NCBI RefSeq assembly: GCF_030028105.1 | Contig: NC_092392.1 | Location: 21,406,613 to 21,470,612 of the forward strand | DNA: 64,000 nucleotides | Source: Mobula birostris | Lineage: Eukaryota | Reading direction: 5' to 3' | In this document: one piece after another, positions 12,991 through 25,603 of the stretch | How the letters are laid out: the number at the start of each line of letters is the position of its first letter | Position numbering within the stretch: the first letter of the stretch is position 1 | Program-made: the position numbers and the translations under genes | Notes under the pieces: model-generated | What the model saw: the letters and a program-made list of their open reading frames with translations, nothing else | What the model was told of the DNA's origin: nothing | The model's database searches: none

Positions 12991-15009
12991 TTGATTCAAT
13001 TAAGGTTCTGCTCAGTGATAAACTATGAACCCCCCCCCCCACACCCCAATATGTAAATGGGAATTTTGTGATAGAAATTATTTCGATTATCAAGGAAAGT
13101 GGTTGGTCTCTTGTAACATTGGTATTGGTTTATGATTGTCATATAGGTACTCAGGTACAATGAAAAGTTTGTTTTGCATATTGCTCCTAAAAATCAGTTC
13201 AGATAGTCCTACTTGGCTCATGTGGCATGAGCATTAGTTGCCACTTATCAGACCATGCCCAAGTATTACTCCGATCTTGTTGCATAGACAGCTTCAAATA
13301 CCAGTCTCCTCAAAACAAGTTAAAATTGCACTTGCAAAATAGAAAACAACATTCAAGCATTAATAGGTGAGTGCTGGGCTGGATGAACAGCTCACTTAAA
13401 GAAAGTGAAGCATCTTAAATAACCTCACCTTTCCAGGGTAGCGATCGCCGCAGGGCCATTTTTTGGCTTGCCATGCAGGAGGAGACTTGCATATGGCCTC
13501 TCCTACACTACTGTGCCCGTAACAATGCCTTCACGTGGCATCCCTGTTTTCACTAAGGATGCGACCGAGTGTCCAGCAGTACCACTGGGTGGGTAGGCTG
13601 GGCTTATCAGCCTTGGCTGGCAGCCAGCCCAGAAGAAGGACAACTTAGATTCCAAACCCAAGTAGAAGGGACTCATTAGCCTTGCCAGGCAGTCTATCTA
13701 GGAGAAAGAAAACCCGGATTCTCAATCTACTGCCTTCCGGCCGCCGCAATCATCGCAGCTCACTGTGCCATTGTGGAACTTTCCCTGGCCTGAAGAGTAG
13801 AATCAGTCCGCGCGCACCAATCCTCATTATAAACCTATGCAGTGCAGGCAGGAAGAAAAGTCCTACAGTGATGGAGTTTTCCCACCTGATCTTCACAAGC
13901 AAAGAACCAGCCATCAATTTGAAGTTACTGGGAAGAAATTTGTTTTCATGCAGATGTGAAATGCACAATATTAAATAAATACACCCAGAATTCCACTACT
14001 CAAATTTTGCTCCAATACAGAAGAATTTCATAAGCACAGTTCTGCATCTATTTAACAAGCTGCAAAAATTATACAAAATGTCCCATTACGCTAGAGATAC
14101 TTTTCAACTCTACCAAATGAAATTCCCCTTACTTAATTCAAGCAACAGAACTCTTAACAGGATTTGTTTCCAATATTAAAACTCGCTTCATTATTATTTT
14201 CTTCTTTTCTAGTATTTCCTTTTCTGTTCAAGAAAGCTTTGACTCTTGCTGATGTTGGTTGCCCTCCAGTACACCAGAGAGAAAGTTTCTTCTGAGCTGG
14301 CAAATTTAGGATGAACAAAGAAGAACAAACCAGCTCATAGGATTTACAACCAAAGTCTGTGATAACCTTTCCAAACTCACAATATTTATCAAAATAATTA
14401 AAACAACAAAAAGCTGTTTTCTTGCGAAAGGATGCAGAGTAATTGTACTATTCTTTCATATTAGTCAGGAATGAAAAAAAGCATCCTGGCCTTTTTGGGC
14501 TTAAAGTGAAAGGAGATAACAAACGAGCTTGCAGCAGCATTCCAATTACAGCACATGACCGCTTATGTTTATCTCTGAAGTTAGCAGATACTCAATGTTA
14601 ATTAAAACGCACAATAGCTAAAATAAATATGAAAAATATCAGAAGGATTTTTTTCTCATTAAAGAGGTGAACAAAAAAATGCACAAATCAATAAAAAAAA
14701 ACTGCATCTGGACTAATCACATCATGTGTTTCCCCAGTTAAGTCCGAAATCCTGCAGCAAAATAACAGAGATGCAAGAGGATTAAAATAAAACAAAGCTC
14801 TGGAAATGCTCAGGCCAGGTGGCATCTTTGGAAGAAGGAGCTGATATTTCATGGCAATCACTGACGTACATATTAAAGGAGATGAAACTGAAACTTTGAA
14901 TCTTTTCTGCGTTATCAATTCTTTTCAGCCTGACACCTCTTCCGGAACTTTGTGTGCTGCACTAAATTCCAGCATCTACAGCTCTCACATCTCACTTTAA
15001 TACTTCATT

Positions 15010-16758
15010 CAACACACATAAAAGTTGCTGGTGAATGCAGCAGGCCAAGCAGCATCTATTGGAAGAGGTACAGTCAATATTTCAGGCCGAGACCCTTCTT
15101 CAAGACTGACTGAAAGAAGAGCTAGTAAGAGATTTGAAAGTGGGAGGGGGAGGGGGAGATCCAAAATGATAGGAGAAGACAGGAGGGGGACAGATGGAGC
15201 CAAGAGCAGGACAGTTGATTGACAAAAAGGATATGAGAGGATCATGGGACTGGAGGCCTAGGGAGAAAGAAAAGGGGGGAGGGGGGGAGCCCAGAGGATG
15301 GGCAAGGGGTATAGTGAGAGGGACAGAGGGAGAAAAAGCATGTGTGTATATAAATAAATAACGGATGGGGTATGAGGTAGAGGTGGGGCATTAGCGGAAG
15401 TTTGAGAAGTCAGTGTTCATGCCATCAGGTTGGAGGCTACCCAGACGGAATATAAGGTGTTGTTCCTCCAACCTGAGCGTGGCTTCATCTTGACAGTAGA
15501 GGAGGCCGTGGATAGACATATCAGAATGGGAATGGGATGTGGAATTAAAATGTGTGGCCACTGGGAAATCCTGCTTTCTCTGGCAGACAAAGCGTAGGTG
15601 TTCAGCGAAACGATCTCCCAGTCTGCGTCGGGACTCGCCAATATATAGAAGGCCGCATCGGGAGCACCAGCACAGTATATCACCCCAGACGACTCACAGG
15701 TGAAGTGTCACCTCACCTGGAAGGACTGTTTGGGGCCCTGAATGGTGGTAAGGGAGGAAGTGTAAGGGCATGTGTAGCACTTGTTCCGCTTACAAGGATA
15801 AGTGCCAGGAGGGAGATCGGTGGGGAGGGAACGAATGGACAAGAGAGTCGCGTAGGGAGCGATCCCTGCGGAAAGCGGGGGGGGGGGAGGAGGGAAAGAT
15901 GTGCTTAGTGGTGGGATCCCGTTGGAGGTGGCGGAAGTTACGGAGAATTATATGTTGGACCCGGAGGCTGATGGGGTGGTAGGTGAGGACAAGGGGAACC
16001 CTATTTCTAGTGGGGTGGCGGGAGGATGGAGTGAGAGCAGATATGCGTGAAATGGGGGAGATGCATTTGAGAGCAGAGTTGATGGTGAAGGAAGGGAAGC
16101 CCCTTTCTTTAAAAAAGGAGGACATCTCCTTTGTCCTGGAATGAAAAGCCTCATCCTGAGAGCAGATGCGGTGGAAATGGAGGAATTGCGAGAAGGGGAT
16201 GGCATTTTTGCAAGAGACAGGGTGAGAAGAGGAATAGTCCAGATAGCTGTGAGAGTCAGTAGGCTTATAGTAGACATCAGTAGATAAGCTGTCTCCAGAA
16301 ACAGAGACAGAAAGATCTAGAAAGGGGAGGGAGGTGTTGGAAATGGACCAGGTAAACTTGAGGGCAGGGGGAAAGCTGGAGGCAAAGTCAATGAGCTCAT
16401 CATGCATGCAGGAAGCAGCGCCAACACAGTCGTCGATGTAGCAAAGGAAAAGTGGGGGACAGATACCAGAATAGGTTTGGAACATAGATTGTTCCACAAA
16501 GCCAACAAAAAGGCAGGCATAGCTGGGACCCATACAGGTGCCCATAGCTACACCTTTAGTTTGGAGGAAGTGGGAGGAGCCAAAGAAATAATTATTAAGA
16601 GTAAAAGTATTATTAAGAGACAGCTTATCTACTGATGCGCACTATAAGCCTACTGACTCTCACAGCTATCTGGACTATTCCTCTTCTCACCATGTCTCTT
16701 GCAAAAGAGCTGTGTTGCTTGAAATTCCAGCATCTGCAGATCTCCTCGTGTTTGCGTT
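15010..16758 (-). mobile_element. Penelope-like element (Neptune-type RT, Cys-rich linker, GIY-YIG), 5'-truncated and internally inverted, TSD tttaatacttca
   Basis: ORF 15790..16545 (MGTCMGPSYACLFVG...YIDD...VYYKPTDSHSYL); duplication at 14996-15007 and 16759-16770. Confidence 0.92.
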
Positions 16759-18689
16759 TTTAATACTTCACTGCAAAGTTTCGCCACAGTATGCTCACTT
16801 TGAAGAAAACTTTTCCCTCCTCTCTTCAATGCAGACAAAGGATGTCGATTCCAAACATCAACTGCTCATGCAGGGGTTCCCAACCTGGGATTCAAGGACC
16901 CTCCAGTTAATGGTAATGCTCCATGGCATATAAAAGGTTGGGAACCCCTGGTCTGCAGTTACTGCCTGAATGAGTTCCTCCAAGTTAGTTTTTTTTTCGT
17001 TCCAGTATTTCTGAACAATAGTGATCCACAGTAAAATGCAACATGCACCCACCGCCTCAGCTAAAGGTTAATAGTAAAACTTTTTGATGAAAGTAAACTA
17101 AAAATATGAATTCACAGGCGCAGGGCAGACTGTAGATGCTGGAATTCTGCAGCAATGCATGTAATATGCTGGAGGAAGTCAGCGGATCAAGCAGCATCTG
17201 TGGAGGAAAATAAACGGTTAAAATTTTGGGCCAAGACCTTTCTTCAGGACTGGAAAGAGGACGCAAGTCAGAATAAAGGGTGGGGAGAGGGGAGGAGTAT
17301 GAGCTGGCAGGTGATAGGTGAATCCAGAAGGATGAAGGCAAGAAAGTGGGAGACGAGAGAAAAAGGGAATGAAGTTGGGAAGTGATTGGTGGAAGAGGCA
17401 AAGGGCTGCAGAAGGAACCCGAGTAGATGACTGACATAATCAAATACTGCACCCACTCCAGACATTCTGTCTTCTAACCTCCTCCCATTGGGCAGAAGAT
17501 ACAAAAGCCTAAAAGCACGCACCACCAGATTCAAGGATGGCTTTTATCCCACTGTTACAAGACTATTGAACAGTTCGATTAGTTGGACTCTTGACCTACG
17601 ATCTACCTCGGTAAGACCTTGCACTTTATTGTCCACTGCACTTTAACTATAGCTGTAACACTTTATTATGTTATTATTTTACCTTGCACTATCTCAATGC
17701 ACTGATGGAATAAATTGATCTGACAATTGAGATGATTAAAAAAAATGTCAATCCAATAATGAGTGGGGATACCATGCAAATGATAGGAGTGACATCCAGT
17801 GTAATCTCGTTTTAGTAATACTGGAGTTTAGGAAAATCTGTGAGCTCCTGGGGCATCAAAGGGCAAGACAAGATCACAAGGCTTTGTGGAATCAGAGTTG
17901 GTGGTATCCGGCTGTTCTGCAGTCTATTACTCTTTTCCATTGTACTACTTCAATACACTGTTGTAAAGAAATTATCCATATAGTTCGAACGTAAATCAAA
18001 GATTTTAATTGTACCTCATACAAAAAGGTGGAGAAACTCAGCAAACCAGCTGCATTTTGAAGCCCTCCAATGGTCGAGGTCAACCATGGATGTTGCGTCC
18101 TAGCGATCTATGAGATTCGCAAGCCAGGGCAGTAGGAAATGGAGAGCAAGCTGTTGCCCATACAGCAGGCTCTCCCTCTCCATGCAGCTGATGAATCCAA
18201 AGGAACATCAAAGACTGATTGTTTATTCCTGCCCCCCCCCAAAAAACTGTCAACATTTTGGGCTGAAACCCTTCGTCAAGCCCAACTTGTAGAGCTCCAC
18301 CAGCATTTTGAGTGAGCTGCTCAAGCTTTCCAGCTTCTACAGAATCTCTTGAGTCACTGTACCTCAGTACGTGACAATATAAACCAATTCCAATGTGAAA
18401 TAATTACCACCCTGTGTGTAAAACACTGGATGGACAGGCTGCTACAGATCCCAAATGTCAATGTCAAAGTAAACTTACAAAGTACATACAGTATAAAAAT
18501 TATACATAAACAATGACTGACAAACAACTAATGAGCAAACAGACAAATTGTGCAAGTAAAATAAATGTGACAACAATAAACCAAATCCAATTCCTCATAA
18601 TTACCATATCCTGCATAATACAGTGGACAGATTGGCTGCCACTGATCCCCTATCTGACAATAGTAAACCAACTCTAATTACTTATTACA

Positions 18690-19620
18690 TCTATAAATTT
18701 GCCAACGATCCAACCACTGTTGGCAAAATCTGAGATGGTGACGAGAGAGCATACAAGAGTGAGATATACCAGCTAATTGAGTGGTGTCACAGCAACAACC
18801 TTGCAATCAATGTCAGTAAGACCAAAGAACTGATTGTGGATCTCAGAAAGAGTAAGATGAGGGATTAGAAGTGGGGAGAGTGAGCAATTTTAAGTTCCTG
18901 GGTGTTAATATCTCTGAGGACCTAACCTGGTCCCAACATATTGATGCAGCTATAAAGAAGGCAAGACAACGACTATATTTCATCAGGAGTTTGAAGAGCT
19001 TTGGTACGTCACAAAAAAATACACAAATTTCTGCACATGTGCCATGGAGAGCATTCTATCTGGCTGCACCACCATATGGCATGGGGTGGGGCAACTGCAC
19101 AGGATCAAAGCAAGCTGTAGAGTTGTGAATTTAGCCTATTCCATCATGGGCACCAGCCTCCGACATCTTCAAGAAGCAATGCCTCAAAAAGGCAATGTCC
19201 ATAATTAAGGACCCCCATCACCCACGGCATGCCCTCTTCTCATGGTTACCGTTGGGAAGGAGATACACAGCGAATTAGGAACAGCTTCTTCCCCTCTGCC
19301 ATCCGATTTCTAAATGGACATGTAACCCAGGAACACTACCTCACCTCGACCTGATGAACGATCTCTGCCCCAAACGTCGACTGTACCTCTTCCTAGAGAT
19401 GCTGCCTGGCCTGCTGCGTTCACCAGCAACTTTTATGTGTGTTGCTTGAATTTCTAGCATCTGCAGATTTCCTCGTGTTAACACTACCTCACCACTTTTT
19501 TTTGCGCGTGGATTATATATGACAGTAATTCACAATTTTTCTATTATTATGTATAACATTGTACCACTGACGCAAAGTTAACAAATTTCAAGACATTGCC
19601 GGTGATATTAAAACATATTC
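18690..19620 (+). mobile_element. Rex1/Babar non-LTR fragment carrying a 134-bp Penelope-derived insert
   Basis: ORF 18871..19128 FKFLGVNISEDLTWSQHIDA...KKARQRLYF. Confidence 0.85.
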
Positions 19621-19882
19621 GAATTTAAATAACACTGGAGAAATTAAAAACTCGAGATTTTGCAGATGCTGGAAATGCAGAGTAACACAAATGCTGGAGG
19701 ATCTCAGCAGGTCAGGCAGCTTCTATGGAAAGGAATAAAGAACCAACTTTTCAGGCAGAGATCCTTAATCAGGACTGGAGGGATTGACCGCCTCTGATCC
19801 CACACAGTGCTTCCGTGAGAGCCGCTTCTCCTTCTACAGGAGACCTGGAACCGTCTGGCCGCCTGGCCTTACACCGACTCAC

Positions 19883-19996
19883 CTCGTCCCGGCACTGCTT
19901 TTGACACATTTGGCAATACCAGCGCAGCTTTTGCAGCCCCTTGGATTTGATGCGGTTGGCGATTGCCTTGGGGGTGAGGAACTCGGCCTTGCCCAT
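19883..19996 (-). CDS. KIN: KIN coding exon 1 (114 bp; MGKAEFLTPKAIANRIKSKGLQKLRWYCQMCQKQCRDE)
   Basis: Within ORF 19769..20035; ATG at 19996-19994; GAG|gtgagt donor; diagnostic Kin17 N-terminus. Confidence 0.97.
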
Positions 19997-20470
19997 CCTG
20001 CCCGCTTCGATGAAACCAGCGACTCGAACACACACAAGAGCTACGTCACCGCACAGGTTCCTAACGACGCAAAAACCGGTGACGCCAGCTATTCGTGTGA
20101 ACGAATGTGTTTACGTCACCACGTTTCTCCTCCTAATGTCTCAGAGACAGACACCTTTACAAACTTTTGCAGAGGACACACATTCAGAAATCGCTTTTGC
20201 CCTCCCAATACTATATCTTCACATCAAGAAAAAACCCTAACAAGTTAACCTTTTCGGTGAGAGAAGGAACATTGTTGAGCGGGGATAAAGCTGTTTGATC
20301 GCGTTTCTGGGAGTTGTAGTTGATGGCTAATTCCATTGAAGAGCAACGGAATATTTTGACAATACAATTCCCGGAGGACATTGCGGCGAGGACGGGTGCC
20401 GGGACGTGGGAACGATGTACGACGCAGGCGCGTTTGCTGCGGGCTGACCTTCAGCGGTGGCGGATTCACC
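19997..20470. promoter_or_regulatory. KIN/ATP5F1C bidirectional CpG-rich promoter
   Basis: 474 bp between divergent ATGs; CpG-rich. ZNF143/SBS-like motifs at 20305-20321 (minus) and 20361-20385 (plus); CRE-like TACGTCAC near 20042 and 20112; ERR-type TGACCTTCA at 20445-20453. Confidence 0.88.
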
Positions 20471-20511
20471 ATGTTCACTAGAACAGGCGTCCTGGTTTTT
20501 GTGCCCCAATG
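20471..20511 (+). CDS. ATP5F1C: ATP5F1C exon 1 (MFTRTGVLVFVPQW; start of the mitochondrial presequence)
   Basis: Kozak-like ttcaccATG, donor gtaaat; phase joins exon 2 to give PQWGQVRNMATLKDI. Confidence 0.9.
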
Positions 20512-21194
20512 GTAAATTACAAAAAGCTAACTCGGTTTGTCCGTGCAAATCGTCGCGTTTTCCATCTCTCTCTTTGCTTCTAAATGGTGTGCTGCTGTGT
20601 GTTTGTTTTAATTGTGAAGTGAGCTGACCCCAGGTGGGGTGGATCGGGTAACTAGGCCTGTGAGGAAGCTTGGTGGAATGGGAGGTCTGCTTGCTGCCTA
20701 AGCTCGTTTACTTCAACTTTCCACTCAGATTTTGTTTGCTACAATCCCCCTTTCCAGTCTGGACAGGGAAGGTCTTCCTTACGATGTATCTGGTTTCCAA
20801 AAAAAAAGTAAATAAATATGAAAAGCATCAAAATTAAGTAGTGCTCATCAAATCTGTCGGTGTCTGAAGGAAGAAAGACCTTTTATGTGGGACTGTTATC
20901 AATTTATTGTGTATTAAGGGAGGGAAAACCCGATAAAGCATCTAAAACTATGATGGGCATAGGCACAGTAGATAGTTTTTATTCCTGAAGATGGAAATGG
21001 TCAAATATTAGAGGGCGTAGGTTTAAGGTGAAAGGAGGGAAGTATATTTCCAAGGTGTTATTTTTTACAAAGTGGTAGGTGACTGGAACCTGCTGCCAGG
21101 GTAAGTGGTGGGAGATAGGTACGTAGATAAATGGGGGTTGAAGGGATGTAGCTCACGTGCAGGCACGGGGTGAGTCTAAATTGGTCAGCTCAGA

Positions 21195-21570
21195 CATATC
21201 AGAAAGGCAGTGTCCATTATTAAGGACCTCCAGCACCCAGGCATGCCCTTTTCTCACGGTTACCATCAGGTCAGAGGTACAGAAGCCTGAAGGCACACAC
21301 TCAATGATTCATGAGCAGCTTCTTCCCCTCTGTCATCCGATTCCTAAATGGATATTGAAGCTTTGGACACTACCTCACTTTTTTTAACGTATGGTATTTG
21401 TTTTTGCACTTTATTTTAATCTATTCAATATATGTAATTGATTTACTTGTTTATTTTTTTTCTCTCTGCTAGATTATGTACTGCATTGAACTATTGCTGC
21501 TAAGTTCACAAATTTCACATCACATGTTACTGATAATAAACCTGATTCTGATTCTTAATCTGATTCTGAT
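21195..21570 (+). mobile_element. Rex1/Babar 3' end with (CTGATT)n tail
   Basis: Near-identical to 43730-44097; ends aataaacctgattctgattct. Confidence 0.8.
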
Positions 21571-22889
21571 ATGGGCCAAAGGGTTTGTTCCTGTCTTATA
21601 ATATTCTATATTCTGTTCTCAGAATTAAGTAAAGTAATATGGGGGTTAAGTTGCAAGAACAATCAATGCCCAAAATTCTAACCAATCAATCAGTGGGCAT
21701 GAATTCAGATCCAACCATGAAAGTAGGGGCATTTTAAATTCAAGTAATTCAATAAAAATAGAACTAAAAGTGTGTATCAATAATGGTGACTACAAAGCTG
21801 CTGAATTGCTCTTCAGAGAAAGCAACCTGTTGCCCATACCTGGTGTGGGAATGACACAAGTGGTTGAATCATAATTGTCTTCTCAAATGGCCAGGAAGCA
21901 TCTACGTGCAGGGCAATTAGGGAGAGTGAAGAAAGCTTGATTGGATAAATAAAATGAACATCAGTATATACTATTAGTTAGACTGCATGTGTCTTCATAT
22001 TAAAGCCGTTCTACAGAGATCTTTGCCTCATTTGGGCTGCAGTTGCAAACTCTCAAAGAAATTTTTTAAAATCCACTAATTGATACAAAATATAAGTGCA
22101 TTTATAGATAAAACTAACAGTGTCATTTTGCAATTATACTAGTAAATAATTAGCCAAAATATAACTTTGAAATTGTGTAACATAAATCATTTACATTTTT
22201 TTGGAAAAAAATCAGACCAGCAGAACAGGCTACTTGAGTGATGCTTATTGCTTAGAGTTTCCAGGTTTAATTTTATATTATCTGTTGGAAAGCTATCTCA
22301 TTGAGACTACAGCATTTAATGTTCTGTAAAACATTATCTTTCTGTTGAAAGACCAGGAGCTTGGATCAGGTGGAATGCTTTCTCTATCAGATGGTATAAA
22401 CCACAATGATCTTCCATGCTGTAAATTTTTGTGCATGGTGCATGTAAAAGTAGGTCATTGATGGATCCTTTGTTGCATTTGTTATCTGTTTAACAAAAAA
22501 AATCATTCAATATCATTGCAAAAATTGAAAATGTGTGAGAGGTCTGCTTTAAAATTGGATAATAGATGACCAACAGTAATTGTTCTCAACAATAACATTT
22601 TCACTTTGAAGATCAGTAATATTGGAGAGAGAGAGATCTGGTTTACATACTTTTTCTGTTGAGGCTAAAGATTGCAGTTGAAAGTTACTGCAAATATGTT
22701 TGGTTGGAAATATCTCGTATTTTAATGTTTTGTGCAGATACTTTGGTCTGATTTAAAATATCCAAAGAAACAGCTGTATACCTTGTCAATTTCATATGTA
22801 GATGATGGATTTTCAGTAGCCTGGGCTGCTCACCATGGACTCTCAATCCCTTTATATTTCCACCACCATCAGGAAGGTTTGCGAGGGGG

Positions 22890-23740
22890 GACTTCATTTC
22901 TTTCTTGAACAGAGACCTAACTGCTTCCCTTACTTCTGAACACTCATTTGATTATCAAATTCATCCTCATACTTCGCTACTTCTCCTTTGACGTAACACT
23001 CACTTTCTTTAGGTGAAAAGTTGCTACAGAACTCCCTTGGATCCTGGCTATGCCTGCTGTCTTACTGGAGTCCTTGCTCCAGACTTTTTTGGGCCCACTG
23101 TTTCAATTCCTTCTCCAATACACTGGCATTTGCATTGATGCTATATCCTACACCCAGAAAGAACACTAAAAAGTGATCATCTTTGCTGCCAATTTCCATC
23201 CTGTTCTCATGTTTCTGTTATCCATCTCTGACGCTTTCCTTTCTGGTTTTATGTCTTCGTCTCAGGAAATAGACTGGATACAAACCTATTTCACAGGCCC
23301 ATAAACTTACCCAACTAGCTAGACTGAACGTCTTCTCAACAATGCTTCTGTAAGTTTTTTAGTCACTTCTTCTCTGTCACAATTGTTCCATTGAGGCACT
23401 TCACAACTTTCTGGCATGAACATCGAATATATCTACTAGACTTGAGCTGCTCACTCATCATTGCCCGTTATCCTGCTGATATCCATTTATTGCCCCCATT
23501 TGTAATGCTGTGCTAATAGTCAGTATTCATGCTCCTTACCAAGCTCTGTATGAACTGTTGTCTTGCACCTCAACACCATTGCAAACCCACCCCCAGCCAG
23601 CTCTGCCCTGAAATCTGACATCCTTCCAGCTTTCCCAGTATTCTTCCTTAGTTCTGAGAGAAAATTCCTGACTCAAAGCATTAACTGTTTTCTCTTTCCA
23701 CAAATGCTACTTGACAGGATGAATTCTTCCAGCACAGGTG
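22890..23740 (+). mobile_element. Old, highly degenerate Penelope-like fragment
   Basis: Scattered similarity to the 28190-29706 copy and its 3' end. Confidence 0.5.
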
Positions 23741-24153
23741 TCCCCTCATATAACTTGCTGGTGTATTTTATACAAAATATGCCTGTGTCATAATCAATAC
23801 ATTACAACACCATTAAACACTCTTATTTTAAGCCTCTTATTTTACATGGAACCCAACTTTTTCATTGCATCGTCAGAGTCAGGATTGCCAGCAGATAAGT
23901 TGCTTTCTGTTGGTCTTTTGCTAGATTTTTCAGGTATAAAAATGGATCTTAAAATCTCAAAAATCTCAAAATGATCCCCATGAGCACAAGACCAGTTAAT
24001 CTTATTGCACAATTACCCTTTTCATTATTGTGACAGAATGACTGAAATCTATGTTATTGTTTTCTTTTATCTTACTACATATACCCAAAAAACTCCAGAC
24101 TTGCCTGTTTTATTTTAAATTTTATGCTAATATCTATTCTGTTGGTGTTACAG

Positions 24154-24188
24154 GGGTCAGGTCCGAAACATGGCAACTCTGAAGGATA
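24154..24188 (+). CDS. ATP5F1C: ATP5F1C exon 2 (35 bp; GQVRNMATLKD)
   Basis: ttacag acceptor, gtaagt donor; mature N-terminus ATLKDI. Confidence 0.95.
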
Positions 24189-24689
24189 GTAAGTATCATA
24201 TTTTCATAATGACAGAATATTGCTTTACTAATGATTTGCAAGATGCAGATATACATCGGAATAATACACTGTAGCTTTCAAAGATTTTAAGACTCCTGAA
24301 ATGTAATACTTAAAGGTTTCTGCATTGACATCTTGCTTGAGGAGCAATGTAACTGGTAAAATTGGGTGTCAGTTTGGAATTTCATACGGAGCGAGATCGT
24401 GTTGTTGAAAAAGCAAATTTTGTTAAGTAAAGAAAAACTGAAGTACTTAGGTCAGGTAAAAACATTGGTGATAGAATCAGTTAATATTTCAAAAGAGGGC
24501 GAATCATTTGATACTTCAGGTTGCTGATCTTCCTTCTGAACTGAAGGTACTAGGTTGCTTTCCCTATTTTTCACCATTTTCTGTCACCTTTTATATCTCC
24601 AGCATCCAATGTCATCTTGGTTCTAAAATAATATAAGCATTTCTCATGAATCTTGGACATGTACATTGTGGCTTTAATGTATCTCACTG

Positions 24690-25075
24690 GGTGACATGGT
24701 AGCATAGGATTAGCGTAAAGCTTTATAGTGCCAGCGATCCTGATTGGGGTTCAATTCCCACCGCAGTCTGTCAGGTGTTTGTACATTCTCCCCATGACCA
24801 CGTGGGTTTCCTTTCAGTGCTCAGTCTTCCTCCCACGTTCCAAAGATACACAGGTTAGGGTTATTAAATTGTGGCCATGCTATGTTGGCGCTGGAAGCAT
24901 GGCGACACTTGAGGGCTGTGCCCAGCAAAATCCTTGGACTATCGTTCTGAGGATTGTGCTGGAGGCAGCCCACACGTGTTGTCATTTGTTCGTCATTGAT
25001 GCAAACAGTGCACTTCACTGTATATATTTTGATCTACATGTGACAAATACGTTAATCTTTCTCTTTATCTTTATC
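24690..25075 (+). mobile_element. tRNA-derived V-SINE (HE1-like)
   Basis: A box tggtagcatagg, B box gggttcaattcc, V-domain gggtttcc...tcctcccacgttccaaaga. Confidence 0.75.
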
Positions 25076-25471
25076 TGCAATCTTTTAGCTTTACAATAAG
25101 CTTAGAGGTATTAATGGCATGGTTGGCTCTCTTCTAATTAATTTTACCAAAATAAATGAACATAACTTAATACATTCAAAACAAATATTTTGTATTGTGA
25201 CATGATCGAGGTTATTTTCTATTTTTAAAAAGAATGTAGGAGTCTGGTATAACATTGGTGTACTGCATACTTTTTTTTACAAAAGCATAATCTGATTGCA
25301 AATCTCAAATTTGCTCAGTTTAAATACATTTTCACTGAGGGATAATTGTGTAGTTTTGTGAGTCACACAAAAGAAATTACTACAAAATTTCATTAAAAAA
25401 GCTATTACAGTTAATATTGCATTGTAGTGTCAATATAAAAACTATCTGATATTATATTTGTCTGTTTTCAG

Positions 25472-25603
25472 TTACCAGGCGCTTGAAGTCTATCAAAAAT
25501 ATCCAAAAGATCACCCAGTCCATGAAAATGGTGGCTGCAGCAAAATATGCAAGAGCTGAGAGAGAACTGAAGCCAGCAAGAGTTTATGGAACAGGAGCTC
25601 TTG
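25472..25603 (+). CDS. ATP5F1C: ATP5F1C exon 3 (132 bp; [43 protein letters not shown])
   Basis: ORF 25483..25674; ttttcag acceptor, gtacga donor. Confidence 0.97.

Noticed and set aside
19997-20035. N-terminal extension of KIN in the ORF track (MCVRVAGFIEAGR)
   Set aside because: It starts at a non-ATG codon, and homology begins at MGKAEF (ATG at 19996).
19784-20548. Several ORFs across the bidirectional promoter
   Set aside because: GC-rich shadow ORFs antisense to or overlapping the real first exons; no recognisable protein.
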